From Saccostrea echinata (taxonomy: Eukaryota): a stretch of DNA of 64,000 nucleotides. Position 1 is the stretch's first letter. Each line of letters starts with the position of its first letter. The notes beneath the pieces were generated by a model that worked only from the letters and a program-made list of their open reading frames with translations, ran no database searches and was not told where the DNA came from. This document shows, one piece after another, positions 51,640 to 64,000 of this stretch. The stretch lies in the NCBI RefSeq assembly GCF_033153115.1, contig NW_026889774.1, forward strand, positions 19,282,001 through 19,346,000. The letters are read 5' to 3'. Both the position numbers and the translations under genes were made by a program.

Positions 51640-51835
51640 TTACCAAGGATGACGTCATAACCAATGACAACGCGCAAATCTATTTATAGATGTGATCATG
51701 CGAAATAGGTTAAAAAATAACTATACTTACCTCTGAGGTTTCCTTCCATCTATAACAAAATTATCCGTTATCAATCATGTCAATTTGCTTATTTTTAAAA
51801 ACGTCAAAGGTCTTGTGATGTCATAGGGCGGGAAA
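51640..51835 (-). promoter_or_regulatory. Probable promoter/5' region of the orphan gene
   Basis: CRE TGACGTCA (51650-51657), CCAAT, CTATTTATAG (MEF2/TATA-like), GC box GGGCGG (about 51826), and a GAG|GTAAGT donor at 51730 suggesting a non-coding first exon. Confidence 0.45.
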
Positions 51836-52749
51836 GTGGCTGAAACGCCGTGCTGAAAGTCTTCATTTTCACTGATCACTCACACTATGCAATTTATCCG
51901 TGTTACTGCCCAAGAATTGAAAGCCAGAGTTGTCCATTTGACCATCTAAATTTTATTGATATCTGTTACAAGTGTAGATTATACATAAGATCAACGTCAA
52001 TAAATGAATCCAATCAAAAAATTTCCAGAAAACATTAAGTACTAATGTTTATCATACAAATATAAGCCATAATTTCCAAGCTCGGGGAATGAAGAAAATA
52101 TGGTACGTGTATTTTATCATTTATTTACAATTTTTCTGAGGCCAAATTTTAGCCAGAACTACAGTAGATGTGATAGAATGAAATTGATACGATTACCTGT
52201 AAAATCAAGTGATTTTTTAACAGTATTACAGTGGTCAAATCGGTTAAATGAAATTATAACAAACCTGGTATTTAATTAAATAGAATATATAAACCAATAT
52301 CAGTTATACATATTATACAGAGGTTAATCTTTTTCTTTAATTTTAAAATTAAGGGAGGAGGTGTCTAAATATTGGAGTTGCAGGTTTAGATTCCTCCGTA
52401 AGCAGATTAATTTAAACACTGTATATTTAACCAGATTTACGTGTTAAGATTAAAAAAAATTGCAAGCGCAAATTTATATTCTTTTTTTACTTTTTTATTT
52501 TTTACTTTTATTTACTTTTATATTTTTTGTTCAAGATTTAGTTGATCACATAAAATAAGAGAGGACGAATTATTCTGGCAATTTTACAATACAAACATCT
52601 GAGAGAATATACGGCTTAGGGAACTCAAAACTTTGATTTCCAAATAAGTCACCCAAACTTCTGTAATGCTCACCCCAAAAAATGGACTGTGAAAAGGACC
52701 AAAATCTAAAGTTCAAATTTAAATTTTACATTCTGCTTCTATCTTCGTC

Positions 52750-53127
52750 CATAGGCGTTGGAACCGGGGGGGGGGGGCTAGGGGGGCTTAGCCCCCCCCC
52801 CGTTTTTGCAAAGATAGACATAATATAGGCATTGAACATTGGGGCGTAGGTTTAGCCCCCTCCCCACTTTCAAGAGGCACAGATTGCAGTGTAGTCAAAG
52901 AAGGGTAGGTGTTAGGGTTTGGAAAAAAAATTGGTACTGAAAGAAGCTTTACACCCCACCCCCCCCACCCCCCCACCCCCCAACGAAATAGGATTTTCGC
53001 ATCTAGACAATTACTATTTTTCCTTTTTTTTTGGTTTGTCAAGTTTTTTTCAGGTTCGATTTTTTTTCTCTTTCAATTAGAACCCCCCCCCCCCCCACAA
53101 CTTTCAAATTTGCTTCCGAAGCCAATG
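52750..53127. mobile_element. G/C-tract MITE with 5-bp TSD TCGTC
   Basis: Ends CATAGGCGTTGGAA / TTCCGAAGCCAATG; TCGTC at 52745-52749 and 53128-53132. Confidence 0.75.
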
Positions 53128-54540
53128 TCGTCTCCCAGCTATGAAGATGAACCTCAAGGCCTGCATGGTAGATTGACTTGACTTATGGGGTAAAATGACT
53201 TAAATCAACTGTATAAATCATCTCATTTTTCTTTCAACTTATAAAGTTTTAAAATGTTTAAAAAAGCCATGTACTTCATGTACTAACCTTTAATTCTTGA
53301 ACATCTTTGTCCTTACTATTTAAAGCAATCAGAAAAATGTGATTTGAGTTGCTTTTTATTAAGTTTTTTTCTTTATTAGCAAGCTCCAAGTCAACTGTAG
53401 TTGTTTCAAAAGTAAGAAGTTTATGAATACTAGAAATGCTAATTTGAACACCCAACAATAGTCATTTAAGGAATGAGTTTAATTTTTCTGAATGTAAACT
53501 GGTTGGTGCGATGTTGTAGCATAGTTTTCTCTCCGGAAAAGCGGGTCCAGGTTAGTTTTTCCCCCACGGGAGATATTATTTCCTCCAATCAGAATGCACA
53601 AAGTCAGTAGAGAGTTTACCCCTGTTTCCGGATTACATCAACCGAAATCTTCGATCAAGCCTTATCCTGGGATTTGAGGGGTTGACCAAAACCATCGAAG
53701 TACATGTATATGCAGTCTTACACAACATTTCCTTATCACTCTCGGATATCAAGTAGCAAAATTTTATTGCGCGATCATATACAATGAAAAAATAGCCGTC
53801 CACTAAACTAAAAAGTGAGTCCCCTGGATCCAGGCATACGGGTACAATAATAAAAACTCATTATATCTGAGAAAATAACGCTCATCGAGCAGAAAAAAAC
53901 TGTCTGTGTGATTATAATGAGACCTTAATTGTGAAAACCAGCTTCCCCGGGTCCAGGACCCAGTAATAGACTAAGTTGATCATATGTTGAAAAATTTATT
54001 TAACATCTTATATATCCCTATATCTAAATGGCAAAGTGGCTGCATGCTTATAATTGCAATTATATCCCTTTATCTAAATTGTTTAATTCATTAACTACGG
54101 ACCCCGGGGTGGGACTAAATTGTTAAAAATATTAAAGATACATTTAACTTTTGAAAACTCTCAATTTATTCCAAAAACGCATCATTGCAGCAGCAGCGTA
54201 TTTTATGAAAACCTCGATACTAGAAATAATCTTGGTAATTCATGATATCGTTATTGCAAATGCAAATCTAATTTAACCCTATAAACTTCATATCACATCA
54301 ATAGTGTTAGTGCTCATATGAGACAGTCTCTTCGTCCCTCCCCTCTCTTCTTTCTTTGTTGGGAGAGGGTTACACCGGTTACAAAACGCTCTTTAAAGGG
54401 TTTAAGGCTTTAATGTTCTTTGTACATGACCTTAAATTTTAAGTCAAAAAGTGAAAAATAATGGGAATATTAAAAAAAAAATGTATGTACAAGTAGGACA
54501 ATTTGTTTAGGATAATTCTTTTATTAAATGTATTTATTTC

Positions 54541-56295
54541 TCAGCCAATCAGCCCCTGGCCTGGATTACTGGGGGGTAATGGCGTCGGTGACACCATAAA
54601 TCCAGAAAATGTGGAATATACTTCATTTTTGGCTCCATACAATGCATTTGTTCCTCGAGCTTGAACAAACACCTGGTCCTCTGGAAATAAGAGAAGATAT
54701 AATCACAAGTTTGGAAATGAAAGTGTAACTCACAAAACCATAGCCTGGTTTTCTGACGACACTAGTACCTGACCCAGATTGATTAAAACGGAAGTCCATT
54801 TAGTTCCTGTTGCCTCATTTTGTAGTGGTTCTGAAAGGGACAACCATAAACAACCAGTACACCCACCAAAGATTTATAATCTGTTTAATAATATGTAACA
54901 CACAAAGTATATGACATCATCCGATGATGTTTCCCGAGACCGGCGGAAGTGTGACCACACCCGTGCGACCAATACCGGGAACTATCATGAAACCAGAAAA
55001 TGTGCTATAAACTTCGTTATGCTGTCCGAACATGGAATTGACACCCCTGGCTTGGACAAAAACCGTGTCCTCTGAAAAGCATAATTCGTTCGACAACTCA
55101 GTGATCGTTCAATGAAGGAAAGGAATCATTTTTTGATGTATAAATCGGCATTTATTTAGCGAAATGCTTAAAGCTAGGGAGAGAGGGGCTAAGCATTGGC
55201 AATTATTGAATCAGTTTCACTTAAAAGAAAAGCTAATAGCAGCATCAGCATTACATATTCAGCATTGTTAGCATTTATAAAAAGCTAGTTACATAATCTC
55301 TGTAAAACAAATGTATGTAATAAAGAAGAAACAAAACACAAACAAGCAGATCAAAAAACAAAACAAAAAAAACAAACAAACAAACAAACAAACAAACAAA
55401 ACCACTTAATTAAAATACCAATATGTACAAAACAAAAGTATAGCTGCATGAAAGTAACAATGAAAAATAATCACTATAGAGCCCTTCTGGTACTTCAAAA
55501 TTTAAATTCCCGAATAGCAGTTATTAACTTGGAATAGGGTCAGGATATTTACATTTAGCTAAGCATTGCTACCATTCAATGTAGTTAGTTTATAGTACAT
55601 CCAGCATCTAAAATCGTAAGCAGCATATCACAGAGAGCAGCAGTAGTAATGTGCAACAGACTGGTCTTAATCTTGGATCTCTTAAAATTTCATTTTTAAT
55701 TGTAGGAAGGAGTGACTTCAAAACTTTGAAAATATTTTTAACTTACGTTGATCCAACTGCAGTACTATAGTCTGGTGTCCAGAAGCATACCCATTTCGTA
55801 CGTGGGCAAAAACACTGACAGTGTAATTGTTGTTTTGGTAAATATCTAAGTTAAGCTGGCTGGTGGCGGTAGAAACTCCATAGACCAGGAATGTATATGT
55901 ACCCGCGTTTGGACAGGTAAACACTCCGGTACTGGAATCATACCCATTACCGATATTCAAAAATACACGGTCATATGGAATAAGGTCTGTGTCATTGGTA
56001 GTAAGCATGTGAGTAAGACCAGCAGAGAAACCCACAAACTTATCCGTGGGGGTCACGTGAGTATGACCATGATTCCCTGCGGCTCGTACGAAGGATGTAG
56101 GAAAGTAATTGTCGATTCCTGAATAGAAGATTTTTGGTAATAAGCATACTTTAACATGACTTGAAAACTCGCTTCATATATACGTAGATTGCAAAAATAA
56201 AAAGATCATATATTAGTTACAAGGTTACCTTTAACTTGTTCAATTGGTGTAGAGGCAACGAGGGAAACTAAACAGAGACAAACCAAAAACATCAT
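54541..56295 (-). CDS. Secreted globular C1q-domain protein A; exons 56295-56229, 56118-55747, then alternative last exon 55071-54917 (197 aa) or 54680-54541 (192 aa)
   Basis: Signal peptide MMFLVCLCLVSLVAS; gC1q motifs VGFSAGL, YDRVFLNIGNGYDSSTGVFTCPNAGTYTF, D.VFV and STFSGF. Confidence 0.9.
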
Positions 56296-56963
56296 CTAAA
56301 AGAGAAGACCAAACTTTACTTAATTTTACCAAACATAACATAGAGAATGTACGTAGATTTCACAAACTTACCTTAGAATCTAAAAGTCAGACAAGAAATT
56401 AGTGTGGGAACTAACAGGTTGCTGAATGTCAAAGACTTAACAGGTCAAATTCTGCTAGTTCCGTTCAATAGGTTGGAGAAGAATTTAAAAGACTAGAACA
56501 GAACACGGGTATGTACTTGTACAAAACTAGTCTCCTTACCAGGAAGGTTACTGCAGATGGTCCAAATTACATTAATTATATTTTCAATTTTGTTAAAACT
56601 TTGGAACTATATCGCAGTTTTTTCTTGGTGTAGGTTGGCACTTAGACAAAGTGTCTCTTGCGCTGATAAGGACATCTGGGAATTAACCAAAAGACGGTAA
56701 GTCGACCGATGAATGAAAATATTAGATAGTTATTTCAAGTTATAATTTGGATGAAAAATTAAATTGAGAAATAATTATGGATTGTTTATTTGAACAAAAA
56801 ATCCATCAAAATTCTTTAAGTTTGGAAGGAAACGGTTAACCTACAAATTTGATTTACGATCTTGACCTCATTTTTTTCCTTCAAATCTTAAATACGATAT
56901 ATATCTCTGGCATTATCATAAATAATAGAATCTAACAACAGACTTTCTCTTTAATTACAGACA

Positions 56964-57917
56964 ATGAATTCTTTGATATTTACACTTGTGATTGCAGTAG
57001 CTCTTTGTAAGTAACTAAAACATTTCTGATTCCATTTTCATTGAATGTGTATGTTTCCCGTAATACATGTATCCCCTAACCAAAAATAAAATGATTAATG
57101 AATCTTTCAGTTGAAGTAAAGGCAGAAACAAACGCTGTAGCCTTTTCCGCTGGTCTCTCTAAAAACCTACAGCTAGCGCACACCGAGATCGTAGTCTACG
57201 ATAGAATCTTTACCAACGTTGGATCGGGCTACGACTCCAACACAGGGAAATTCCGCTGTCCCACCAGCGGGGTCTATGTTTTCCAATTCCATTCCGTTGC
57301 TAACCAAGTAAGCCAAATTAGTTTCCAGTTCAAATTCGATTTCAACTTATATGGCTCTTACAATGTCTGTGAATATGAATTTATACACAGCCGTTGGTAC
57401 ATGTATGGGATAACAGTAAAAGGTGTTTTTAACTATTGTTATTATCGGTTTTTATTTTTTTTTTACATACTCTAACATGTTCCTGTATATTGGATCCTTC
57501 CAGGATAAAACCATTTGGACGGAACTTTGGCACAATGGGTACTATATTTGCTCGATGTATGGACACACGTCTGGTGATTACGCTTCTGGAGGAAATTCGG
57601 CCGTCCTCCGTTTAACAAAGGGTACGCAAAGTGAACATATGTTCAAAGCATCATCCCAATGTTGTATATCTATATTACCAACCCCTTTTCTTGTAAATAT
57701 TGTAAAAAAAAAAAGTTTGCTTTCATGAGAAGGATTCTTAGAAGTTTTATGTTTTATGCGGATTTTCTTTGAAGGTGATGAGGTTTACGTCAAGGCTGTA
57801 GATGCCGTAAATGGGGCCGCAACCAACATGTATGGCGCCAGTGACGAGGTCTATTCAACATTCTCCGGCTATATGGTGGCTCCAGTCTACGAGGAATTTC
57901 CATCCGTTGTTGGATAG
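56964..57917 (+). CDS. Secreted globular C1q-domain protein B (166 aa); exons 56964-57006, 57111-57307, 57504-57621, 57775-57917
   Basis: Signal peptide MNSLIFTLVIAVALF; motifs VAFSAGL, YDRIFTNVGSGYDSNTGKFRCPTSGVYVF, GDEVYV and STFSGY; AATAAA downstream. Confidence 0.93.
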
Positions 57918-60079
57918 AAATGACTATTAAAACTTCTGTGCAATTTTTATATGTAAATAAAGATATACAGAAATAAATATGTTTATTAACGTCCAATCAA
58001 TTCTGGGATAATGTATTGTCCTCCTGTCTCCCAAGACTATCCTTGCAGGATTGGTTTTGTTCTGTCATTTTTGTCCCACCGTCTGTCACAAACGTATTGA
58101 AATCAAAACTCTATATTGGAGTCGATCTTCATTAAGGTACTACCAATCACTTAGCGCATTCGTTTATGATCCAGAATCACGTGGCAATGTCATGGAATAC
58201 AGTATTTTACAATCTTTTACACAAATTGTATTGCAACATAAAAAAAAATATAATTTCAACTACCAACCCGAAGGAAATAATCATGGATTCTCGCTATTTA
58301 TATAAAGTGCTGGATATTGAGACATTTTTCTTTTCATGGTGCTGTACAAAATTGTGCATTTGTTAAGCAGTTAAAACAAACCGAGCAGTGTATAATGTCT
58401 GGAATGCGTCAGTTACCCCTTCGATGGTGACTGCTCGGGAAATAAGACATTTCTAGATACATGTACTTGAACATTGTGTGGGTGCTCTAGAAGACACATC
58501 CAGACACCAGAACGATGCAACAGTTAAATAAATGAATGCCAATCTGCTTTTTCCCAAATCTTCTCTTAAACGACTTGTATTTATGTCTACGAAATACAAA
58601 CCTAACAACACAATTATGAATAAATCAAAATTAAATTACAAAGAAAACATTTCCAGTCATAAAGCAGTAATTAATGTGATATAGGTATGAAATGATCATT
58701 TCTATACTTACATGTTATGTGATACAAATAGACTACATTAATATGTATGGTATATGAAATTTTTATGAAATGTCATTTTTCGGAATAACTCGTATTCACA
58801 AGTGGAAAGACCGATGTCTTACAGTCCTTATATTTTTTTCGCATCTTCCCAATGTCAGGACCGTTGAGTCCACTTTTGACCGTGGGACTCAGAACCCGTA
58901 ATATTGTGAATGAGAATGATTTTCCCGATCTTGTGAAAAGTAAATCTAAAGAGTAGAAGAACGATAACTCTTACAATAACGATACTCCTTTATTGTTATA
59001 TTGTATTATATATATGTAATCTATAAAACCGCCATACAATGCCATTATGTAATATTTTGTATTATATATTATTGTTGAAATGCAATAAGATGTACGTCTT
59101 AAGCAATAATAATAAATAATAATAATAATAGATTGTTAACAGACAATTTTTATTGTAATGTGTCATGGTTACCATGGCAACATTCCTTATAATTTGAAAA
59201 AAATAGGATTTTGAACAATCAACTTATTCAGCAGTGTTGAAAAGTGACAATGACTGTGTCGAAAGTCAAGTAAATTATATTTGGGAAAACAACTATTACA
59301 AATGTTACCATTAAACAAAGTATAAAATGCAATAATTTTATCTATTTTGATCATATATACATTGAATAATAAGAGCAATCCCCAACAAATAAATTCTATA
59401 TTTAACTATAGTTTGCTATAGTTAACTATAGTTTCAAAGTATTACTATAGTAAATCAAAGTTTTTACTATAGTAAATCGAAGTGTTTTATTATGGATTTC
59501 AAATTGTTATATTTTATATTCTCCAGTTCATAAATGCACATTTTTTATATTAACTGGAACTATTTCTTGTATATTCAAATATTATTTCCACATTTTACAT
59601 CACTGTTATCGAATTTAAGAGATTTTAAGCTTTGAAAGCTCAGACAAAGTTCTAGAGTAAAGTTTTACAATAAACCAAAATATTTAATATTAACGAGGTC
59701 CGTTCCTGAGCTTTTGAGAAGATTTTTGTGTAAACCTCTATCTAAAAAATTCTGCATAATGTTTTATTTATTACAATAAATTTGGATTGTGCAATGCTCA
59801 TTTAACTATATTCAATTAAAACCTCATGATTAAATTCCGTACTGAAAGCATTAAGTTAGAAACTATATTTTGTGGCGGAAGGTTTTATAGAAGAAAATTA
59901 TCTATTTTTCTCATTCGAAATATTTACAGTATTGTTAAGTTTGGAGTCCTATTTTTACATGCAGCCTGCACACAAAGTTATTTTGAGCAGTGAAATGTTT
60001 TATGCTGGTCCTAAATAATATATTAAATTAACCGTCATGAATTCTGTCATCATATTGGACAAATATAACAAATATATTG

Positions 60080-60954
60080 AAAAAGTACAATTAACCGCCG
60101 CTAGAATTGTAACAGGACTTCCGATTTTTGTGTCTAGAGAAGCACTATATTCTGAAACTGGTTGGGAAACTTTAAAAAGCAGGCGATATATTGCAAAAAT
60201 GACAACTATGTTCAAAATTCACACGGGAAGAGTACCTGAGTATTTGCATGATATTGTCCCCAATAAGCGTGAGCATGTATCTCTATACAATACCCGTAAT
60301 AAACAAGATTATATTGTTCCAAGGTGTAGATTAGAATTATTTAGAAACTCTTTCGTACCTGATGCTGCAAAACAATGGAATTTACTAAAAACAGAGGTTA
60401 GAGAAGCCATCTCAATCAAAACATTCCGAAAAAACTTGATAACAAAAATTAAAAATCCACCATCATACTTCTCTTTTGGTAAGCGATACACCAATATCAT
60501 TCATACTAAGCTAAGACATTCCTGTATTCTAAATTATGATCTTTATAAACGAAACATTATAAATAGTCCCTTATGTTTATGTGGAAAAAACGAAGATGTG
60601 TACCATTTCTTTTTTGCATGCAAAAATTATTCTAATGCAAGAAGTACTCTTTTTAATCGCTTGTTCACTCTTGAACTGGTTACTATTGATATAAATCTAT
60701 TATTATGTGGTGATGTTAATTTGCCTTTACAGATAAATAACAGTATTTTTGCTGCTGTTCATAAATTTATTGACGAAACATGTAGATTTTCTAGTTGATA
60801 TGCTATTTAATTGCTTTTTCACTTGTATTAATTGTATTATTTTCTTCTGTTTTGCATGACAAATTGTTATATATAAGGAGAGGAACTTTGTAAGTTGTAA
60901 AGAACTTGTTTCCAATCCTTTTGATGTACTCAATAAAATATGTTCAAAACAAAC
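60080..60954 (+). mobile_element. 5'-truncated non-LTR retrotransposon (CR1/L2-like ORF2 C-terminus plus 3' UTR) with 13-bp TSD
   Basis: EKVQLTAARIVTG..LY.ETGWETL..RR, SFVP...WN.L and CxCG..E...HFFF.C are typical of the post-RT region. Tail AATAAAATATGTTCAAAACAAAC; AACAAATATATTG at 60067-60079 and 60955-60967. Confidence 0.9.
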
Positions 60955-63314
60955 AACAAATATATTGTGAAAGTCTTGGGGAAAAATAGCCCATTTTAGG
61001 CTGAAAATTAGCACTATTTTAGTTATATCTAAAAATTAACATCACATACCCCCACTTTTAATTTTATTTTCTGAATAAACAAGATAATTTTAACCATTCT
61101 GCTTAATCTCAGAAAAATGTCATTACTTTCAAAAGATTTTATTGCTTGTTAAATTTTTAATGCCAGAAAAATGACATTTTTTGAGAGCAAAAAGGTCAAA
61201 TAATTGACTATGCGAAGTAATATGAAACACTTTTTTTGTTGTCACAAATTTTAAAGAGACTATTCAAGACGAAAAAAGACTGTATTTGTTCCCATTATTT
61301 GGATAAAATTTATGAGGAAAAACTTTGAAAAATTGATTTATGTGTAAGACGTAATTAAAGTGCAAAAAGGTCATATTAAATGCTCCGTAGCTCCGAAAGA
61401 AGTGCATTGACCCCCATTTTTGGTTTTGATTTTTAATTAAGCTATGTGTCTAGATTCCCAAAATATACTTGATAAAAAATTCTCAATACTTTTGATAACA
61501 GGATCCAACCTCCTTAAAGAGATATATCAATTTACGCACAAGAAACTGTAAGAAAAGCAGTTGTTTTTCGTGGACTTAATAATCATTATTTTGTTTTCAA
61601 TAACATATTCATAATCAAAACTGGAATGCCTGACACATAAACTCTGAACCATGATACATCTTTGGATATACACTGTATATTCTCAAAATATTCAACATGT
61701 TTGTACACAAACATCGACACTATTTTGCTTAAAAGGTTCAGAATACAAATACAAAAATAATTTGTCATTGTAGTTTAGGTATTAAATATATTTTACGCAA
61801 CCAATCTTCACAAAGTGAGTTTTCTTTAGGAGAATTTTACTGTCAAAAACAAAAGTAGCATTCTTGTAACTTGTACATTGTACTACGTAAATGTTAAATC
61901 ACACATGAAGACAGCAATTTTCTCAAAGTTGTCGATCATATGCATATTTGCAAGTTTTCTTCGGTTGTTTGTATACAGCTGACATGAATGTCACTGTTTT
62001 TTTTTTATTTATTAATTATTATTAATTAATTACATGTAATTATTGTCAACTGCTGACTCCAGTGTATTAATTACATTGTGAAATTACATATATAAAGTAT
62101 ATGTACTGGTCTGTGCTCCATAATTATTTCTGTTTATCTAACTTGTATGTATTCCAGCTATTTCACGTGTATCTTTTATATTGTCTTTGTATATATTGTA
62201 TATAGAACCTCGTGTACCACTAAGTGGTTTGGGTGAATAAATTGAATTGAATTGAATGCTGAAAAGTATCATTAATTTACTTTAAGATATAATACAAAAC
62301 ACTAATTTATGGTACCACACGTGTTATAAGAATTTTTATTTTTATAGAAGCAGTGCTAATGAAAGTATGGAAAAATCTGCAAAAATTGTATTTTTTTTTC
62401 TTCCGATCCATCTGCAGCTAAATTTTTTTTCCATGAAATGTAAAGATAACGAACAGTAATCAAGCTCAAAAATCCAATAAAACAAATTGCGAGTAGAACA
62501 TACATGGACCTCTGAAAACATCTGAGGTGCGATCAGGTGCCATGAAGGAGTAAGCATCCCCTGTCGACCGGCTACATGATCAGAAGTGTGAGACTCCGGA
62601 GTCTTTTATTTCTAGTTCAATGGGATATATCAAATCACCAAATTAATGAATAAATAGTTAATTCATAAAACGTTATTGATATATTTGAATGTCGAATCGA
62701 AGGCCACTTCTTTTCATGTAGTAGGTTTTGAATAAATTTTTGCTACAGAAGTCTGCTAATAATGGAACACAATTAAAACCCAGATTGTTGGAAAACCTGG
62801 TATCCATTGCAATGCATTATATAGATATTGACAATGAGACTCTTAAGCATCCTTTTAATATGAATTTCAGAGTACTTGTGAGTGGAATCAGAATGGTTTT
62901 TAACAAACTAAGGTTGTAGATGACCAATGACAAGATAGGAAAATTTGCGAGTTCCATTGTTATTAAAGAAGCAGTTGTCTATGATGTCAAAAAAAAAGTC
63001 TTTAATTTATAACTCATGAGAAGGACATCTGGGAATTAACCAAAAGACGGTAAGTCGACCGATGAATGAAAATATTAGATAGTTATTTCGAGTTATAATT
63101 TGAATGAAAAGTTAAATTTAGAAATAACTATGGATTGTTTATTTGAAAAAAAAATCCATCAAAATTTTTTAAGTTTGGAAGGAAACGGTTAACCTACAAA
63201 TTTGATTTACGGTCTTGACCTCATTTTTTTTTCAAATCTTAAATACGATATATATCTCTGGCATTATCATAAACAATAGAATCTAACAACAGAATTTCTC
63301 TTTAATTACAGACA

Positions 63315-64000
63315 ATGAATTCTTTGATATTTACACTTGTGATTGCAGTAGCTCTTTGTAAGTAACTAAAACATCTCTGATTTCATTTTCATTGAACGTG
63401 TATGTTTCCCGTAATACATGTATCCCCTAAGCAAAAATAAAATGATTAATGAATCTTTCAGTTGAAGTAAAGGCAGAAACAAACGCTGTAGCCTTTTCCG
63501 CTGGTCTCTCTAAAAACCTGCAGCTAGCGCACACCGAGATCGTAGTCTACGATAGAATCTTTACCAACGTTGGATCGGGCTACGACTCCAACACAGGGAA
63601 ATTCCGCTGTCCCACCAGCGGGGTCTATGTTTTCCAATTCCATTCCGTTGCTAACCAAGTAAGCCAAATTAGTTTCCAGTTAAAATTCGATTTCAACTTA
63701 TATGGCTCTTGCAATGTCTGTGAATATGAATTTATACGCAGCCGTTGGTACATGTATGAACAATAAATAGTGTTTTTAATTATTGTTATTATTATTTTTA
63801 ATTATTTTTAAAATTATTATTTTTATTTTTTTTTTTTACATACATGTACTCTAACATGTTCCTGTATATTGGATCCTTCCAGGATAAAACCATTTGGACG
63901 GAACTTTGGCACAATGGGTACTATATTTGCTCGATGTATGGACACACGTCTGGTGATTACGCTTCTGGAGGAAATTCGGCCGTCCTCCGTTTAACAAAGG
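63315..64000 (+). CDS. Near-identical second copy of C1q-domain gene B, running off the window; exons 63315-63357, 63462-63658, 63883-64000
   Basis: Collinear with 56668 onward starting at 63021. The visible coding sequence differs only by a synonymous CTA/CTG. Confidence 0.88.

Noticed and set aside
59168-59181. Perfect RFX X-box GTTACCATGGCAAC
   Set aside because: Isolated in repeat-rich intergenic DNA with no nearby start site.
60037-60798. 253-aa ORF as a host gene
   Set aside because: Its ATG lies outside the TSD and the body is a LINE ORF2 fragment.

Overview
AT-rich, intron-rich eukaryotic DNA. Gene content (molluscan muscle myosin, C1q-domain cluster, HINE/166-bp-satellite-type repeats) points to a bivalve, probably an ostreid oyster (inference). 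I built spliced models by hand for: the 3' part of hnRNP L (+, 1-2580), GM130/GOLGA2 (-, 21523-6212), a muscle myosin II heavy chain (-, 37813-26242, 1943 aa), an unrecognised 125-aa gene (-, 51535-49304), and three secreted C1q-domain genes (a head-to-head pair plus a near-identical truncated copy). Helitron-type elements, MITEs and a 5'-truncated LINE are also present. The most interesting signals are in RNA processing: (1) a U12-type AT-AA intron in hnRNP L; (2) a 69-bp tandem array in GOLGA2 whose units read as 48-nt in-frame exon plus 21-nt GT..AG spacer; (3) three hidden micro-exons in GOLGA2 that could give a new N-terminus; (4) two mutually exclusive exon pairs in myosin, one flanked by a 13-bp complementary pair that would loop out exon A; (5) duplicated alternative last exons in a C1q gene. 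All models come from sequence reading alone, with no transcript or database support.
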